Of a DNA stretch of 64,000 nucleotides, positions 1-10,924 are shown piece after piece; the first letter of the stretch is position 1, and every line of letters begins with the position of its first letter. The notes beneath the pieces were generated by a model. The model searched no databases. It saw only the letters and a list, made by a program, of their open reading frames with translations, and was not told the origin of the DNA. The stretch is from an uncultured Gammaproteobacteria bacterium (GTDB lineage: Bacteria > Patescibacteriota > Patescibacteriia > S139-126). The DNA is taken from contig CAZUKA010000002.1 in the NCBI GenBank assembly GCA_964620905.1, positions 25,496 to 89,495 on the forward strand. The letters are read 5' to 3'. The position numbers and the translations under genes are program-made.

Positions 1-8
1 TAGCAGGT

Positions 9-995
9 ATGAATTGGGTTCGAGGAATTGAATTAAAGGATGAGGTTTTAAATTTACCACCCTTACCCAACATAAAAAGTGGCCAAGTGCGTCAAGTCGA
101 TATTTTGCCAGACTATATTAAACATATTTTATCTTTTATTGATGTTAAACAGATTAAACCGTTTAAAGTTGTAGTTGATGCTGGTAATGGTATGGCTGGT
201 AAAATTGTGCCGTTGTTGGCAAAACATCTACCAATTGAGATTGTACCATTGAATTTTGATCTGGATGGCAGTTTTCCGGCTCATCCTTCAAATCCGCTTT
301 TACCGGAAAGTCAAAAGGAGATAAGCAAAAAAACAGTTGCCACCGAAGCGGATTTTGGTGTTATTTTTGATGGCGATACTGATCGACTGTTTTTTGTTGA
401 TGAGCAAGGAAAATTTATTAGAGCCGATGTCACTTTATTATTATTGGCTAAAATGTTTTTAACTAGAGAACCAGGGGCAGGTATAGTTTATAATGTAATA
501 TGTTCAAAAATAGTACCAGAGAAAATTTTAGAATGGGGGGGGCGACCTATAAAATCACCAGCAGGGTACATTAATATTGCCAATAACATGCGTTCCCAAC
601 AAGGAATAATGGGAGGAGAGCTGTCTGCTCATTATTCTTTTCGAGATAATGCTTATAGTGATTCCGGTTTTATTGCTTGGTTAATTTTATTGCAACTTTT
701 ATCTGAATATAATCAGCCTTTATCGGAAATTGTTAAACCTTTTTATAAGTATGCTAAAAACGCAGAAATTAATTTGGCTGTTAGTGATAGTGAGGAAAAA
801 ATTGAAGCCATAAAAAAATATTTTGTTGATGGTCGTCAAGATTTTACTGACGGTGTAACAGTAGAATATGCTGATTGGTGGGTTAATGTTCGACCGTCAA
901 ATACCGAACCGCTTTTACGGGTAACCGTGGAAGCAAACAATGAAGATTTACTGCGGAGAAAATCAGATTTAGTTTTAAAGATAATTGCCGGTTAA
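9..995 (+). CDS. Phosphomannomutase/phosphoglucomutase, 5' end truncated by window edge
   Basis: DAGNG, FDGDTDR metal loop, GGELSAH and VRPSNTEPLLR motifs; N-terminal ASHNP domain lies upstream of the window. Confidence 0.92.
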   Translation: MNWVRGIELKDEVLNLPPLPNIKSGQVRQVDILPDYIKHILSFIDVKQIKPFKVVVDAGNGMAGKIVPLLAKHLPIEIVPLNFDLDGSFPAHPSNPLLPESQKEISKKTVATEADFGVIFDGDTDRLFFVDEQGKFIRADVTLLLLAKMFLTREPGAGIVYNVICSKIVPEKILEWGGRPIKSPAGYINIANNMRSQQGIMGGELSAHYSFRDNAYSDSGFIAWLILLQLLSEYNQPLSEIVKPFYKYAKNAEINLAVSDSEEKIEAIKKYFVDGRQDFTDGVTVEYADWWVNVRPSNTEPLLRVTVEANNEDLLRRKSDLVLKIIAG

Positions 996-1052
996 AAAAA
1001 TTAAGATGATAGATATAATAGCCCAATAAGATTTATTTTATATTTTTTAATT

Positions 1053-1925
1053 ATGATTGGAGTTTTTGATTCAGGAATTGGCGGTTTGACCGTGGTCAAA
1101 CAAATAAAAAGAATTTTACCCCAGTATGATCTGATTTATTTTGGTGATACGGCGCGCGTGCCTTATGGTAATAAATCAGAAGCCTTGATTAAACAATACG
1201 CCTTGCAGGATGCAAAATTTTTGATCAAGCATGGCGCCAAAGTGATTGTGGTTGCTTGCAATACTGTTTCAGCTGTAGCTTTAGAAAAATTACGTTCTGA
1301 TCTAGCGGTACCATTTTTTGGGGTGATTGAACCGGCTTGGCAGGCAGCAGTCGCAGCGACTGTTTCGGGGCGGATTGGTGTGATTGGTACAAGGGCTACT
1401 ATCAACTCCAATGTTTTTTTAAAACAGTTGAAAGCTATGAAGAACGATTCGCCAATTGAAGTTAATTCGGCATTAAACGAACCAGCCTTTTTGAGAAAAA
1501 ACAGAGCACTGCCCAAAAAATTAAAATTCAAGCTCAAACTGTTTTCTCAAACCGCGCCTTTGCTAGTACCATTGATTGAAGAAAACTATTTCGATAAACC
1601 AGAGACTGTAAAGATATTGAAGCAGTATCTTTATCCTTTAAAGCAAGCACAAATTGATACTTTGATTTTAGGTTGTACCCATTATCCCATTATTTATGAT
1701 TTGATTGCTAAAAAAATGAAACAGGTCAGAATTATTGATTCGGCCGCCAGTGTAGCTAGACAATTGAGTGATTATTTAGACACCAATCAAGATTTAGCTC
1801 GGAGTCTTTCGCGGCGCGGTCAAACCAGGTTTTTTGTGTCTGATTTAACTCCGCATCTGAATATTGTCGCCCGTAATTTTATGGGTAAAAGTATCAATTT
1901 AGAATCAACCGAGACAGAGTTTTGA
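1053..1925 (+). CDS. murI: Glutamate racemase
   Basis: IGVFDSGIGGLTV, VVACNT and ILGCTHYP motifs. Confidence 0.97.
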   Translation: MIGVFDSGIGGLTVVKQIKRILPQYDLIYFGDTARVPYGNKSEALIKQYALQDAKFLIKHGAKVIVVACNTVSAVALEKLRSDLAVPFFGVIEPAWQAAVAATVSGRIGVIGTRATINSNVFLKQLKAMKNDSPIEVNSALNEPAFLRKNRALPKKLKFKLKLFSQTAPLLVPLIEENYFDKPETVKILKQYLYPLKQAQIDTLILGCTHYPIIYDLIAKKMKQVRIIDSAASVARQLSDYLDTNQDLARSLSRRGQTRFFVSDLTPHLNIVARNFMGKSINLESTETEF

Positions 1926-2004
1926 TCCGAACAAAAAATTTATCCAACTATCTTTTTTTTCTGCGCCAGATTTGATATACTTGTCAGGTGATATTGACTG
2001 CTTT

Positions 2005-4224
2005 ATGAAAAAAAGAAAATATAATATCAATCAAAAATTAAACGCCTGGAAAGAAAGTTTTCATTTGACCGCGGAAACAAAAAAATCCATTGGCGTAGTT
2101 TTGTTGTTATTGTTGGCGTTACTTTTAATTTTAAGTTTATTTGCCAAAGCCGGACCGCTAGGGATATATTTGTTGAAGTTTTTACAATTTTCATTTGGGA
2201 AAATTTATTTTTTGATGCCTTTTTTATTTTTATTTTTTGGACTGGTGGCTATTGGTGGCCAACGTTTTGGTGTCAAAGCCAATCATTATTTTGGGTTAGT
2301 CTTGTTGTTTTTATCATTACTGGGTTTGTTGCATCTCCGTCGCGATATTTCCGCTATGTCATTTTTCAGTCTTACTGTTGCTGATGGTGGTGGATTTTTT
2401 GGCTGGTTGGTGGTTTTGCCACTTTTTAAGTTGATAGGTTTTTGGGGTAGCGGCGTGATGCTTTCGGCTCTACTTCTTATTTCTCTATTTTTGACTTTTA
2501 ACACTTCTTTCCAATCAATTTTAAATAAGTTTGATAGTTTATTTTTAGGTTGGCAAAAAATAACTTCTTGGTGGCAGCATTTTAGGCATTCTGACCGACA
2601 AGTAGTAACGACTTGGGAGAATGAGGATGATATAAATATTGAGAAGGATACAGAGACAGAAGAACCATTGTCCGAGACCGTAGATTTTTCTCGTCGTGAA
2701 TTAGAGGAGAAAAATGGCCAGCAAGCCGAACTATTATCAGTACCCAAAGCAGTGGTAAAAATAGAATTGCCCATTCAATTGTTAAATCCAACCAGAAGTA
2801 AACCAACCAGTGGTGATATTCAAGCAAATAAAGAAAAAATCAGAAAAGCCTTGCAAAATTTTGGTATTGAAGTCGAAATGGGAGAAGTGAGCGTTGGTCC
2901 AACCGTAACCCAATACACCCTGCGACCGATTGAAGGAGTAAAACTTGCTAGTATCACGGCGTTGCACAATGATTTAGCTTTGGCCTTGGCCGCTCATCCC
3001 ATCAGAATTGAGGCGCCGATTCCTGGCAAAGCTTTGGTTGGGATTGAAGTTCCCAACCAATCAATTGCTACTGTGGCTTTACGGGAGGTAGTTGACTCTC
3101 AAGAATTTAGAAACCGATCAAACAATCTAACTATTGGTTTAGGTAAAGACGTAGCTGGTAAGGTTTGGTTGGCCAGTTTGGAAAAAATGCCCCATTTATT
3201 GATTGCTGGTGCAACGGGTAGCGGTAAATCAGTTTGCATCAATACTATTATTGTCAGTTTACTGTATCAAAATAATCCGGAAGATCTACGTTTTATTTTA
3301 GTTGATCCAAAACGAGTGGAATTATCAGCTTATAATGACTTACCGTATTTGTATACACCAGTGATTACTGATGTTCAAAAAACTATCAATGCTCTGAAAT
3401 GGGCTGTGGGTGAGATGGATCAGCGTTATATCAAACTGTCACAAACTCGCCACAAAAACATTGCTGGTTACAATTTAGATTTTCCCAAGGAAAAAATGCC
3501 TTATATTATCATTATTATTGATGAGTTGGCAGACTTGATGTCAATTGCCGCTCAAGAAGTGGAGGCAGCTATTATCAGACTGGCTCAAATGGCCAGAGCC
3601 GTGGGCATTCATTTGGTACTAGCAACTCAGCGCCCGTCGGTAAATGTGATTACTGGTTTGATCAAGGCAAATATAACCACTAGAATCGCTTTTGCCGTAG
3701 CTTCACAAACTGACTCGCGAACTATTTTAGATAGCGCGGGAGCAGAGAAATTATTAGGTAAAGGCGATATGCTTTATATTTCTGCTGATATTTCCAAACC
3801 CAAACGTTTACAATCAGCTTTTGTTTCTGATGAAGAAATTGGTAGAATTACCGATTATATCAAAAAACAGACTGGTACTAGCGTTGACTATGATGAGTCA
3901 ATCACAGAAAAGAAAACAAAAAATATAAATGGTGTCGACTATGGCGGTGGCGGAGAAGATGATATGTTGGATGAGGCTAGGCATTTAGTGATTAGCACCC
4001 AAAAAGCCTCAGCGTCCTATTTGCAACGGCGTTTGCGGGTTGGTTATGCTCGGGCAGCGAGACTACTTGATTTATTGGAAGAAGAAGGAGTGATTGGACC
4101 GGGCGACGGTGCTAAACCGCGAGAGGTCTTGATTGCTCGTGACGAGTATGATTCTATCGGTCAGACTGATTTTGCCAGTGATGATTATGATCAAAATTCA
4201 GAATCAGAAGCGGAAGATAAATAA
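2005..4224 (+). CDS. ftsK: DNA translocase FtsK/SpoIIIE
   Basis: N-terminal TM segments, PHLLIAGATGSGKS Walker A, IDELADLM, gamma domain LQRRLRVGYARAARL; ATG 2005 preferred over TTG 1972. Confidence 0.97.
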   Translation: MKKRKYNINQKLNAWKESFHLTAETKKSIGVVLLLLLALLLILSLFAKAGPLGIYLLKFLQFSFGKIYFLMPFLFLFFGLVAIGGQRFGVKANHYFGLVLLFLSLLGLLHLRRDISAMSFFSLTVADGGGFFGWLVVLPLFKLIGFWGSGVMLSALLLISLFLTFNTSFQSILNKFDSLFLGWQKITSWWQHFRHSDRQVVTTWENEDDINIEKDTETEEPLSETVDFSRRELEEKNGQQAELLSVPKAVVKIELPIQLLNPTRSKPTSGDIQANKEKIRKALQNFGIEVEMGEVSVGPTVTQYTLRPIEGVKLASITALHNDLALALAAHPIRIEAPIPGKALVGIEVPNQSIATVALREVVDSQEFRNRSNNLTIGLGKDVAGKVWLASLEKMPHLLIAGATGSGKSVCINTIIVSLLYQNNPEDLRFILVDPKRVELSAYNDLPYLYTPVITDVQKTINALKWAVGEMDQRYIKLSQTRHKNIAGYNLDFPKEKMPYIIIIIDELADLMSIAAQEVEAAIIRLAQMARAVGIHLVLATQRPSVNVITGLIKANITTRIAFAVASQTDSRTILDSAGAEKLLGKGDMLYISADISKPKRLQSAFVSDEEIGRITDYIKKQTGTSVDYDESITEKKTKNINGVDYGGGGEDDMLDEARHLVISTQKASASYLQRRLRVGYARAARLLDLLEEEGVIGPGDGAKPREVLIARDEYDSIGQTDFASDDYDQNSESEAEDK

Positions 4225-4225
4225 T

Positions 4226-4912
4226 ATGGTTTCATTCACAGTTCGAAAAATAAATACCCCCATCGGTGAGTTAGGAGAACTTTTGGCCAAAAAAAGACAA
4301 ATTGCTGGTTGGAGTTTGTCACAATTGAGCCGACGCTTGTCTATTGCCGAAAGATATCTAGCAGCTATAGAAGCGGAAGATTGGCAGCGTTTACCCGGTG
4401 AGGTTTATATTTTGAATTTTTTACGTCGTTATGCTTTGGCAGTCGGTTTGGATCCAGTGCGGGTAGAAAAAAAATTTCAGCAACAAAAACCAAACTTAAA
4501 TTCAAGTAGTATTCATAGTTTACAAAAAACATTACCACTGCCAGCTAGACAATTTATAAATTTACCTAAATTTGTCAGGAATTTTTTTATTTTTTCTTTA
4601 CTGTTAGTACTTTTTGGTTATATTAGCTGGCAGACTAAAGCTTATTTTACGCCTCCCCAGTTGAGGATTTTTTACCCAACTGATAACCTAATTGTAGCAG
4701 AGCCTAATATTGTTTTATCCGGGCAGACTGATTCTGAAGCAGAAGTGATGATCAATGACATTTTAACAGCAGTAAATAATGGGCAGTTTGCTGAGGAAAT
4801 AGATTTACAACCCGGCATAAACATTTTAAAAATTACTGCCACCAAAAAAAATGGACCAGCTCAAGAAGTTTTTATACGAGTTTGGTGGCGTTCAGCTAAT
4901 GAAAATAATTAA
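4226..4912 (+). CDS. RodZ-like HTH membrane protein with C-terminal Ig-like domain
   Basis: HTH_25-like [27 protein letters not shown], one TM helix; typical position between ftsK and recA. Confidence 0.8.
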   Translation: MVSFTVRKINTPIGELGELLAKKRQIAGWSLSQLSRRLSIAERYLAAIEAEDWQRLPGEVYILNFLRRYALAVGLDPVRVEKKFQQQKPNLNSSSIHSLQKTLPLPARQFINLPKFVRNFFIFSLLLVLFGYISWQTKAYFTPPQLRIFYPTDNLIVAEPNIVLSGQTDSEAEVMINDILTAVNNGQFAEEIDLQPGINILKITATKKNGPAQEVFIRVWWRSANENN

Positions 4913-4929
4913 TAATTTATAAAAAATAT

Positions 4930-5952
4930 ATGGTAAAAAACGAAACAACTAACGATCAAAAGCACCAAGCTACCGCCAGCGCAATAGAACAAATAAAAAG
5001 CAAATTTGGTGAGGGTTCAATCATGAAATTTGGACAAGCAAAAACCATGGTGGTAGATGCAGTTTCTACTGGTTGTTTATCTTTGGATATAGCTTTAGGT
5101 GTTGGTGGTGTGCCACGGGGACGGATAATAGAAATATTTGGTCCCGAAGCTTCTGGTAAAACAACCTTAGCTCAACACATTGTTGCTGAAGTACAAAAGT
5201 TAGGTGGTACAGCTGCTTTTGTGGATGCGGAACATGCTTTAGATCCCGAATACGCACAAAAGATAGGGGTAAATGTAAATGAATTACTAATCTCACAGCC
5301 CGATACTGGTGAACAGGCTTTAGAAATTGTCGAAACCTTAGTACGTTCCAACGGAGTTGATGTTATTGTTATTGATTCAGTTGCAGCTTTAGTGCCACGA
5401 GCAGAAATCGAAGGTGAGATGGGCGATTCGCATATGGGATTGCAAGCTAGATTAATGTCGCAAGCTTTGCGCAAATTGACTGGAATCGTATCAAAGACTA
5501 AAACCGTAGTTGTTTTTATCAATCAGACTAGACAGAAAATCGGCGTTTTTTTTGGTAATCCAGAAACAACTACCGGCGGTACGGCTTTGAAGTTTTATTG
5601 TTCGGTACGAATTGAAGTTAGACGTAGTGCCCAGATCAAACAAGGTGATAAGATTATTGGTAATCGAGTCAAAGCTAAGGTAGTGAAAAATAAAGTCTCA
5701 GCTCCTTTTCGAGCTACGGAATTTGACATCATGTACAATGAAGGAATTTCCCGCGCTGGTGATATGATAGATACCGGGGTAGAGTGGGGAGTGATAAAAA
5801 AAAGTGGCAATACTTATGCTTTTGCTGAGGAAAAATTGGGAGTAGGTAGAGAAAATGCCAAGGTTTATTTACGCCAAAATACAAAATTGATGGATAAAAT
5901 ATATAGGGCAGTTTGGGATGCGGTTAAGGAAAAACGTAAAACAGAAAATTAA
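4930..5952 (+). CDS. recA: Recombinase RecA
   Basis: [15 protein letters not shown] and [13 protein letters not shown] motifs. Confidence 0.99.
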   Translation: MVKNETTNDQKHQATASAIEQIKSKFGEGSIMKFGQAKTMVVDAVSTGCLSLDIALGVGGVPRGRIIEIFGPEASGKTTLAQHIVAEVQKLGGTAAFVDAEHALDPEYAQKIGVNVNELLISQPDTGEQALEIVETLVRSNGVDVIVIDSVAALVPRAEIEGEMGDSHMGLQARLMSQALRKLTGIVSKTKTVVVFINQTRQKIGVFFGNPETTTGGTALKFYCSVRIEVRRSAQIKQGDKIIGNRVKAKVVKNKVSAPFRATEFDIMYNEGISRAGDMIDTGVEWGVIKKSGNTYAFAEEKLGVGRENAKVYLRQNTKLMDKIYRAVWDAVKEKRKTEN

Positions 5953-5959
5953 TTTTTTA

Positions 5960-5999
5960 AATAAAAAAATCGTTCCTATTGAGAACGGTTTTTTTATTT
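5960..5999. terminator. Bidirectional intrinsic terminator between convergent recA and efp
   Basis: A-tract, ATCGTTC-loop-GAACGGT stem, T-tract. Confidence 0.75.
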
Positions 6000-6002
6000 A
6001 AT

Positions 6003-6560
6003 TTATACCCTTTCGACGTATTCGCCAGTTTCCGTATTAACTCGAATCTTGTCGCCCGAATTGATAAACATTGGTGCTTGGATTGTCAGACCATTTTCCA
6101 AAGTGATTTGTTTGGTCACTGATCCAGCTGAATCACCTCGGACACCAGGTGGCGCTTCGGTAACAGTATACTCTACTTTGGTTGGCAAAGAAATTGTGAC
6201 TGGTTTATTGTTATATAAAAGTACATCAACTTCCAGACCTTCTTTTAGGAATTTAATCATTTCCGAAATTTCATTTTTAGTTAAAGAAAATTGTTCGTAG
6301 GTTGTACCATCCATAAAATGATAACCATCACCATCAGCATATAAAAAAGCCGCTCGCCGTCTTTGAATATCCGCTTCATCGACTTTATCACCGCCGTTAA
6401 ATGATTTTTCTATCACTTGTCCAGTGATAAGATTTTTTAATTTAGTGCGCAAAGTAGCACCGCTTCGGGCTACTTTGATATGTTGAGTGAATTGTACCAC
6501 ATAAGGTGCTCCGTCTATTTCCAGTACACGCCCAAGCTTAATTTCTGACATTTCTAACAT
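6003..6560 (-). CDS. efp: Elongation factor P
   Basis: TKLKNLITG, PGVRGD and RVNTETGEYVERV motifs. Confidence 0.97.
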   Translation of the reverse strand: MLEMSEIKLGRVLEIDGAPYVVQFTQHIKVARSGATLRTKLKNLITGQVIEKSFNGGDKVDEADIQRRRAAFLYADGDGYHFMDGTTYEQFSLTKNEISEMIKFLKEGLEVDVLLYNNKPVTISLPTKVEYTVTEAPPGVRGDSAGSVTKQITLENGLTIQAPMFINSGDKIRVNTETGEYVERV

Positions 6561-6646
6561 AAATATAAAATCTAGAATTAAGAAAAATTAAAAAGAAAAT
6601 TAATAAATAATTTTAAGCTAAAAGTTGTAAGCTAATTACCCTAATA

Positions 6647-6874
6647 TTATCTGGTAGTGTAGGGCAGCAATGCCATGAAGCGAGCCCGTTTGATGGCTTG
6701 GGCTAGTTTTCTTTGGTGACCGGTACAAACTCCAGATTTGCGCCGCGGTACAATTTTCCCATACGAGGAAGTAAAGCGTCGGATTGACTCGGCGTGTTTG
6801 TAATCAATCACCTGAATATTGTGTAAACAAAAATAACAATTTTTTGGTTTTTCAACTGTAGTTTTTTTATTCAT
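6647..6874 (-). CDS. rpsR: 30S ribosomal protein S18
   Basis: IDYK...GKIVPRR...QRKLAQAIKRAR; rpsF-ssb-rpsR order. Confidence 0.98.
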   Translation of the reverse strand: MNKKTTVEKPKNCYFCLHNIQVIDYKHAESIRRFTSSYGKIVPRRKSGVCTGHQRKLAQAIKRARFMALLPYTTR

Positions 6875-6880
6875 ATGGTT

Positions 6881-7321
6881 TTAAAAAGGAATTTCATCAA
6901 CATTTATTTCTTCTTCCGCAGGATTAGTTGGGGCTGGTTGTTCGTAGTTATCGGTTTGATTGTTTCTCGTTGGTGGTTGATTTTGTCCGCCACCAATTCT
7001 ATCCAACATAATCATATTTTCGGCGACAATTTCCGTACGATACCTTTTGTTGCCTTGTTGGTCATCCCAACTGCGGGTTTGTAATCGGCCCTCGATATAA
7101 ACTTTACTACCTTTGGTTAGATACTGGGCACAAATTTCACCCAGTTTTCGCCAAGCCACGATGTTATGATATTCTACTTTTTCTTGGCGATTGCCATTGG
7201 CATCATTCCAAACCAGATTGGTGGCAACACTGAAAGTAGTAACATTGGTACCTTGGGGGGTGGTTCTTGTTTCAGGATCACGGGTTAAGTTACCTATGAT
7301 CATCGCTTTGTTGAGGTTCAT
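6881..7321 (-). CDS. ssb: Single-stranded DNA-binding protein
   Basis: NKAMIIGNLTRDPE, EGRLQTRSW, acidic DEIPF tail. Confidence 0.98.
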   Translation of the reverse strand: MNLNKAMIIGNLTRDPETRTTPQGTNVTTFSVATNLVWNDANGNRQEKVEYHNIVAWRKLGEICAQYLTKGSKVYIEGRLQTRSWDDQQGNKRYRTEIVAENMIMLDRIGGGQNQPPTRNNQTDNYEQPAPTNPAEEEINVDEIPF

Positions 7322-7341
7322 ATATTTAGAAAGATAAATTT

Positions 7342-7797
7342 TTAAATTTTTTCGTCAGCTAAAATTTCATCTAATTTTTTATCTAATTCTTCCAAAGAAA
7401 TTTTGTTTTGCGTATTTTCAATTTTGTTGTATTCTTTCTTTTCCCGTTTGTCCTTATCCGGTGGAGTTTGCATACGGGTTTTTTCTTTCTCTCGTTCTTC
7501 TCTACTTTTTGGTTTAGTTTTAATTATTAAAAAACGCAATAAATTTTCTTCCAATCTTAATTTTTTTTCTGTACTCACCAATTTTTCTGGAGCTAAAATA
7601 AGTTCCAAGAGAAAATAGTAACCATAACGAAGGTGTTTGACCGGGTAAGCCATCCTTTTGCGGCCAAAATTATCTTGGTAAGAAATTTCACCGTCTTGGG
7701 CAATAAAAAAATCTGTAATTTTTTTAATTACAGCTGGTACTTCATTCTCAGCTAGGGTGCCGGGAATAATACCTAAAAATTCGTAATATTGTTTCAT
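7342..7797 (-). CDS. rpsF: 30S ribosomal protein S6
   Basis: YE...GRKRMAYPV...GYY...LLRFL motifs; operon context. Confidence 0.95.
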   Translation of the reverse strand: MKQYYEFLGIIPGTLAENEVPAVIKKITDFFIAQDGEISYQDNFGRKRMAYPVKHLRYGYYFLLELILAPEKLVSTEKKLRLEENLLRFLIIKTKPKSREEREKEKTRMQTPPDKDKREKKEYNKIENTQNKISLEELDKKLDEILADEKI

Positions 7798-7923
7798 AAA
7801 TTTTCCTTTGGTTCCTACCTGTGACCAATGGTCAAAGGTTGGACTGCCTGTTATTGGGCAGAGGTTGGTTAATTATTAATATTTTGGGTACAATTTAGGT
7901 ATTGATAAATTATCATAAAACCC

Positions 7924-9132
7924 ATGAAACAGTCAAGTATCAATAAATATTTTTTTATTTTAGGTAGCCATCCAGCTTTATCCGTAGCAGAAATTTTAGC
8001 TTATTTAAATACAAAAAAATGCCAATTTTCTGTTACTCAGGCTGTAAAGGACTGTCTAACAATAACTAGCAACAATATTTTATCCTCTGATATTTTACAG
8101 TTTATTGGTGGCAGTATAAAATTTGGGCAAATAGAAAAAAGTATATTTAACCAACCAACCGAAAACGATTTGATTGATTTATTGCCGCTTACCGATAAGA
8201 TATTTTTTGGACTATCATATTATTCAGATAAGTTAGATAGAAAAAATTTACCTGATTTATTGCGTCTGGGCTTGGGAGTGAAAAGAATGTTGAAAAACAA
8301 AGGTAAAAATTGCCGATTGGTTACTAGTCGACAGACAAATCTTTCGGCAGTGGTAATTAGTAAAAATAAATTGTTGAGTACTTCTGGAGTAGAAATAGTA
8401 ATTGTGGTTGCTAAGCAAGGTTATTTATTGGGAAAAACTTTGGCCGTACAACCATTTGAACAATTAAGTCAGAGAGATTATGGTCGTCCCCAGCGAGATG
8501 ATCACAGCGGCCTGTTGCCACCCAAGTTAGCTCAAATCATGTTGAATTTAAGTCAAACAATTCCTGACGAACTAATTTTAGACCCTTTTTGTGGTTCTGG
8601 TACTATACTGCAAGAAGCTTTATGGCAAGGTCGGCGGCAGATTATTGGTTCTGATATCTCAACTAAGGCAGTGGCTGATAGTAAAAAAAATTTAGCTTGG
8701 TTGCAAAGTCAGTATGGTTTGTCATTAAATGAGGTAAAATTTTTTCAATCATCAGTTAAAGAATTAACCAAGACAATAAAGTTAGAGAGCATAGCGGCAA
8801 TTGTCACTGAGCCAGATTTGGGTCGGCCGGATATTAGTCAAAAAAATTTATTAACGGAAAAAGTCAGGTTGGAAAAATTATATTTAGAGGCTTATCAAGT
8901 TTTTTTTAAATTATTGAAAAAAAGCGGCCGAGTAGTAATGGTCTGGCCGGTTTTTTTCCAAGATAATTTTTTAGATATTGAGCAGCAAGTTGAAAAGATA
9001 GGTTTTAAAAAGATTAGGCTGTTGCCGACCGAATTATTAAATATTTATAAGTTAAATAAAAGAAATAATTTACAATATGCCAGAGCAGAACAAAAAGTGG
9101 CTAGAGAAATTACTAGTTGGCAAAAAATTTAA
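7924..9132 (+). CDS. Trm11/TrmG10-like RNA methyltransferase
   Basis: LPPKLAQIMLNL, ILDPFCGSGT, IGSDI and TEP motifs. Confidence 0.8.
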   Translation: MKQSSINKYFFILGSHPALSVAEILAYLNTKKCQFSVTQAVKDCLTITSNNILSSDILQFIGGSIKFGQIEKSIFNQPTENDLIDLLPLTDKIFFGLSYYSDKLDRKNLPDLLRLGLGVKRMLKNKGKNCRLVTSRQTNLSAVVISKNKLLSTSGVEIVIVVAKQGYLLGKTLAVQPFEQLSQRDYGRPQRDDHSGLLPPKLAQIMLNLSQTIPDELILDPFCGSGTILQEALWQGRRQIIGSDISTKAVADSKKNLAWLQSQYGLSLNEVKFFQSSVKELTKTIKLESIAAIVTEPDLGRPDISQKNLLTEKVRLEKLYLEAYQVFFKLLKKSGRVVMVWPVFFQDNFLDIEQQVEKIGFKKIRLLPTELLNIYKLNKRNNLQYARAEQKVAREITSWQKI

Positions 9133-10213
9133 ATTTTTATTAATTTTTTTATTATTGAATACATTGGGGCTGTGTGTTTATACGGTATTTTATTTTTTAC
9201 AGGTTAAAAGCCATTCCTTTTTTTATCCTGGAGTTTTGACTAGCTACAACCAATTAAAATCAGCCCAAACTATTGACAGGCAAGAAGTAGTAAATAGTCG
9301 GGAACTTATTTTTGGCGGTGATGTGATGTTATCCCGCCATGTACAAACTTTACAAGAAAAACAAGGTTCTTATTTGTCAGCTTGGGAAAATATTTATAAA
9401 AAATTTAATCAAGCTGATTTAGCAATTATCAACCTTGAATCTCCTTTTGCTAATATTGGTCCTTATCCTACCGAAGGTATGACTTTTCGAGCTAAACCAG
9501 AAAACATGAAAGCTTTACTGCAGGCTGGGATTGATGTGGTACATCTGGCTAATAATCACTTTGGCAACGCAGGTCAAGAAGGCATGGAATATACTTTAAA
9601 ATTATTAGCTGAAAATAATATTTCATTTGTTGGTGCTGGTTTAAATAAGCAAGAAGCTTATCAAGGGAAAATTATTGAAATTGAAGATTGGCGAGTTGGG
9701 GTAGTTGGACAAAGTTATGATGTACCTTGGTATGCGGTTGGAGAAAATTCTCCTGGTATTGCGGTTTATGATTTAGAGAAATTGCGTTTCGCTATTGGAG
9801 AGCTGAAGGCCAACCAAGCTGATTTTATTGTAACTATGTTTCATGGTGGGATAGAGTATACCCATACTCCCAATCAAGAACAAATAAATTTTGCTCATAC
9901 AGCCATTGAGGCGGGGGCTGATGTGGTAATTGGTCATCATCCGCACTGGATTCAGGACGCAGAAGAATATCAGGGTAAATATATTTTTTATTCTTTGGGC
10001 AATCTGATTTTTGATCAAAACTGGTCTCAAGAGACCAGTCAAGGATTGGTAGTCAGTCTAGAGATTGTTGATAATAAAGTAACTAAGGTAATTTTAAGGC
10101 CGGTTATTATTGAAGAAAATTTTCGTCCGCGCTTTACCACTTTGACTGAAAGTGAAAATATTTTGCACAACGTCAAATTACCTTTTGCTTATGAACTATC
10201 AGTTGACAATTAA
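9077..10213 (+). CDS. CapA/PGA_cap family metallophosphatase, membrane-anchored
   Basis: GGDVML, NLESP, LANNH, HGGIEY, GHHPH and YSLGN motifs. Confidence 0.92.
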   Translation: MPEQNKKWLEKLLVGKKFKFLLIFLLLNTLGLCVYTVFYFLQVKSHSFFYPGVLTSYNQLKSAQTIDRQEVVNSRELIFGGDVMLSRHVQTLQEKQGSYLSAWENIYKKFNQADLAIINLESPFANIGPYPTEGMTFRAKPENMKALLQAGIDVVHLANNHFGNAGQEGMEYTLKLLAENNISFVGAGLNKQEAYQGKIIEIEDWRVGVVGQSYDVPWYAVGENSPGIAVYDLEKLRFAIGELKANQADFIVTMFHGGIEYTHTPNQEQINFAHTAIEAGADVVIGHHPHWIQDAEEYQGKYIFYSLGNLIFDQNWSQETSQGLVVSLEIVDNKVTKVILRPVIIEENFRPRFTTLTESENILHNVKLPFAYELSVDN

Positions 10214-10261
10214 TCCAATACTAAGTAAGATACTCTAATTAATAATTTACAGGAGGTAATT

Positions 10262-10804
10262 TTGAGTTCTTTTAAAAAAAATATTCCCAATTTATTGAGT
10301 TTATCTCGTATTTTTCCTTTTACACTATTACTAGTTTATGTTATCACTCTGGGTGATAAATGGTTATTTTCTTTGGTGGCAGTTTTTGCTTCGTTAACTG
10401 ATTGGCTTGATGGTTATTTGGCCAGACGTTGGCAAGTGGTTTCCCAATTAGGTATTATTTTAGATCCTATTGCCGATAAAGTTATTATTGGCGCTGGTGT
10501 TATTGCCTTATATGTTTTGGCTTATGTACCTTTGTGGTTGTTGCTAACCATTATTGTCAAAGATTTTTTTATATTGTTGGGAGGGTTGTTACTAACCTAT
10601 AAGTACACAATCGAAATTCCGCCGTCCAATTGGTCGGGAAAATCTGCAACCGTCATAATCACTATTACCTTGTTTTTACATTTTTATTTTTCTAGTGATG
10701 ATTTATTAGTTTTTCAGTTAATGACAGTTCTAAGTGTAGTAGTAGTTATATTCAATTATTCTCAAAGATTTTTCATTTTGAAGAATCATTTGTCAGGGGT
10801 CTAA
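10262..10804 (+). CDS. CDP-alcohol phosphatidyltransferase (PgsA-like)
   Basis: NIPNLLS..R and TDWLDGYLARR..G..LDPIADK signature. Confidence 0.92.
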   Translation: MSSFKKNIPNLLSLSRIFPFTLLLVYVITLGDKWLFSLVAVFASLTDWLDGYLARRWQVVSQLGIILDPIADKVIIGAGVIALYVLAYVPLWLLLTIIVKDFFILLGGLLLTYKYTIEIPPSNWSGKSATVIITITLFLHFYFSSDDLLVFQLMTVLSVVVVIFNYSQRFFILKNHLSGV

Positions 10805-10824
10805 ATTTAGACCTCTTTTTATTA

Positions 10825-10853
10825 TTGACAAATTGGCAAAAAAGGTGTATAAT
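10825..10853 (+). promoter_or_regulatory. Consensus sigma70 promoter of the DGR target gene
   Basis: TTGACA-17 bp-TATAAT exact match. Confidence 0.85.
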
Positions 10854-10924
10854 GAATGGTTGGTAAAATAAATAATTGTCTTTACCAACAAGTACTTTAT
10901 CAAAAATAAAGAAAGGAACTGCTC

